A DNA stretch of 64,000 bases from the NCBI GenBank assembly GCA_013265495.1, contig MU058213.1, positions 6,402,066 to 6,466,065 on the forward strand, in the 5' to 3' direction. Each line of letters opens with the position of its first letter. Position 1 is the stretch's first letter. The stretch comes from Vicugna vicugna (taxonomy: Eukaryota). Under the pieces are notes generated by a model. It was given only the letters and a program-made list of their open reading frames with translations. It ran no database searches and was not told the origin of the DNA. The position numbers and the translations under genes were made by a program. Positions 63,486 through 64,000 of this stretch are shown piece after piece.

Positions 63486-64000
63486 AAAAATATCTAAAAC
63501 TGAGAAATGAGGCAATAAGACTGCTGCATGCTCTTTCAAAATCATGGGAGATACTGAAGCATTGTCTAACACACCTGCTAAATCATCTAATTCTAAGAGA
63601 TGTGATTTTAGACTATTATTTACTATTGATTAGGCTCAGGTTGCACAAAACTACTGTTAATTTGTGGATTTTTGTCCTGAATTGATGCAACTGGTTTTGT
63701 CTATAGGAAAGATAACCTGAAAGCTTATGGTGGATTTATCTTGTGCAGCATTAACCAGAAGGCTTGTTTTGACATTCTTTCCCCCATTAATTATGTATTT
63801 AGTAATCCTATCCTCCTTGGAACCGGCTCTAAGATCCTGCTGATTCCCATATTAATGAGTTAAGTATGTCTTTGACTTATGGTCACTATTAATTTGTTAT
63901 GTTTTAAACTTTTTGAAATTTGTACTTTGATAATTCAAGCCTGTATTACTAAAATTTCACTCAGAATAAGCTACATTTTGGATTTTGAAAAATGCAACTC

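Overview
Mammalian genomic DNA, most likely a camelid (alpaca, llama, vicuna or camel), judged from eight copies of the tRNA-derived vic-1-type SINE and artiodactyl-type L1 3' ends. The only protein-coding sequence I can support is the 3' end of FAM81A (<1-323, + strand) with its ~2.2 kb 3'UTR ending near 2550. The remaining ~61 kb looks intergenic (the FAM81A-GCNT3 interval, if synteny with human holds) and is dominated by L1, L2, MIR, ERV solo LTRs and hAT/Tigger relics. The other ORFs in the track are L1 fragments or chance ORFs. The most notable observations are: (1) the FAM81A CDS reads straight through positions where I recall the human gene having its last introns, yet there is no poly(A) tail at the UTR end, so in-place intron loss is possible; (2) a tailless tRNA-Arg(ACG) 5'-half retropseudogene with TSD; (3) an orphan mRNA 3'-end retrocopy with TSD; (4) two L1s of different 3'UTR type in tandem at one target site, with three TSD copies and the same 5' truncation point; (5) two inverted CCAAT/octamer-rich solo LTRs. 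Repeat family names come from recalled consensus sequences, not from a search. I see no prokaryote-type system (CRISPR, operon).
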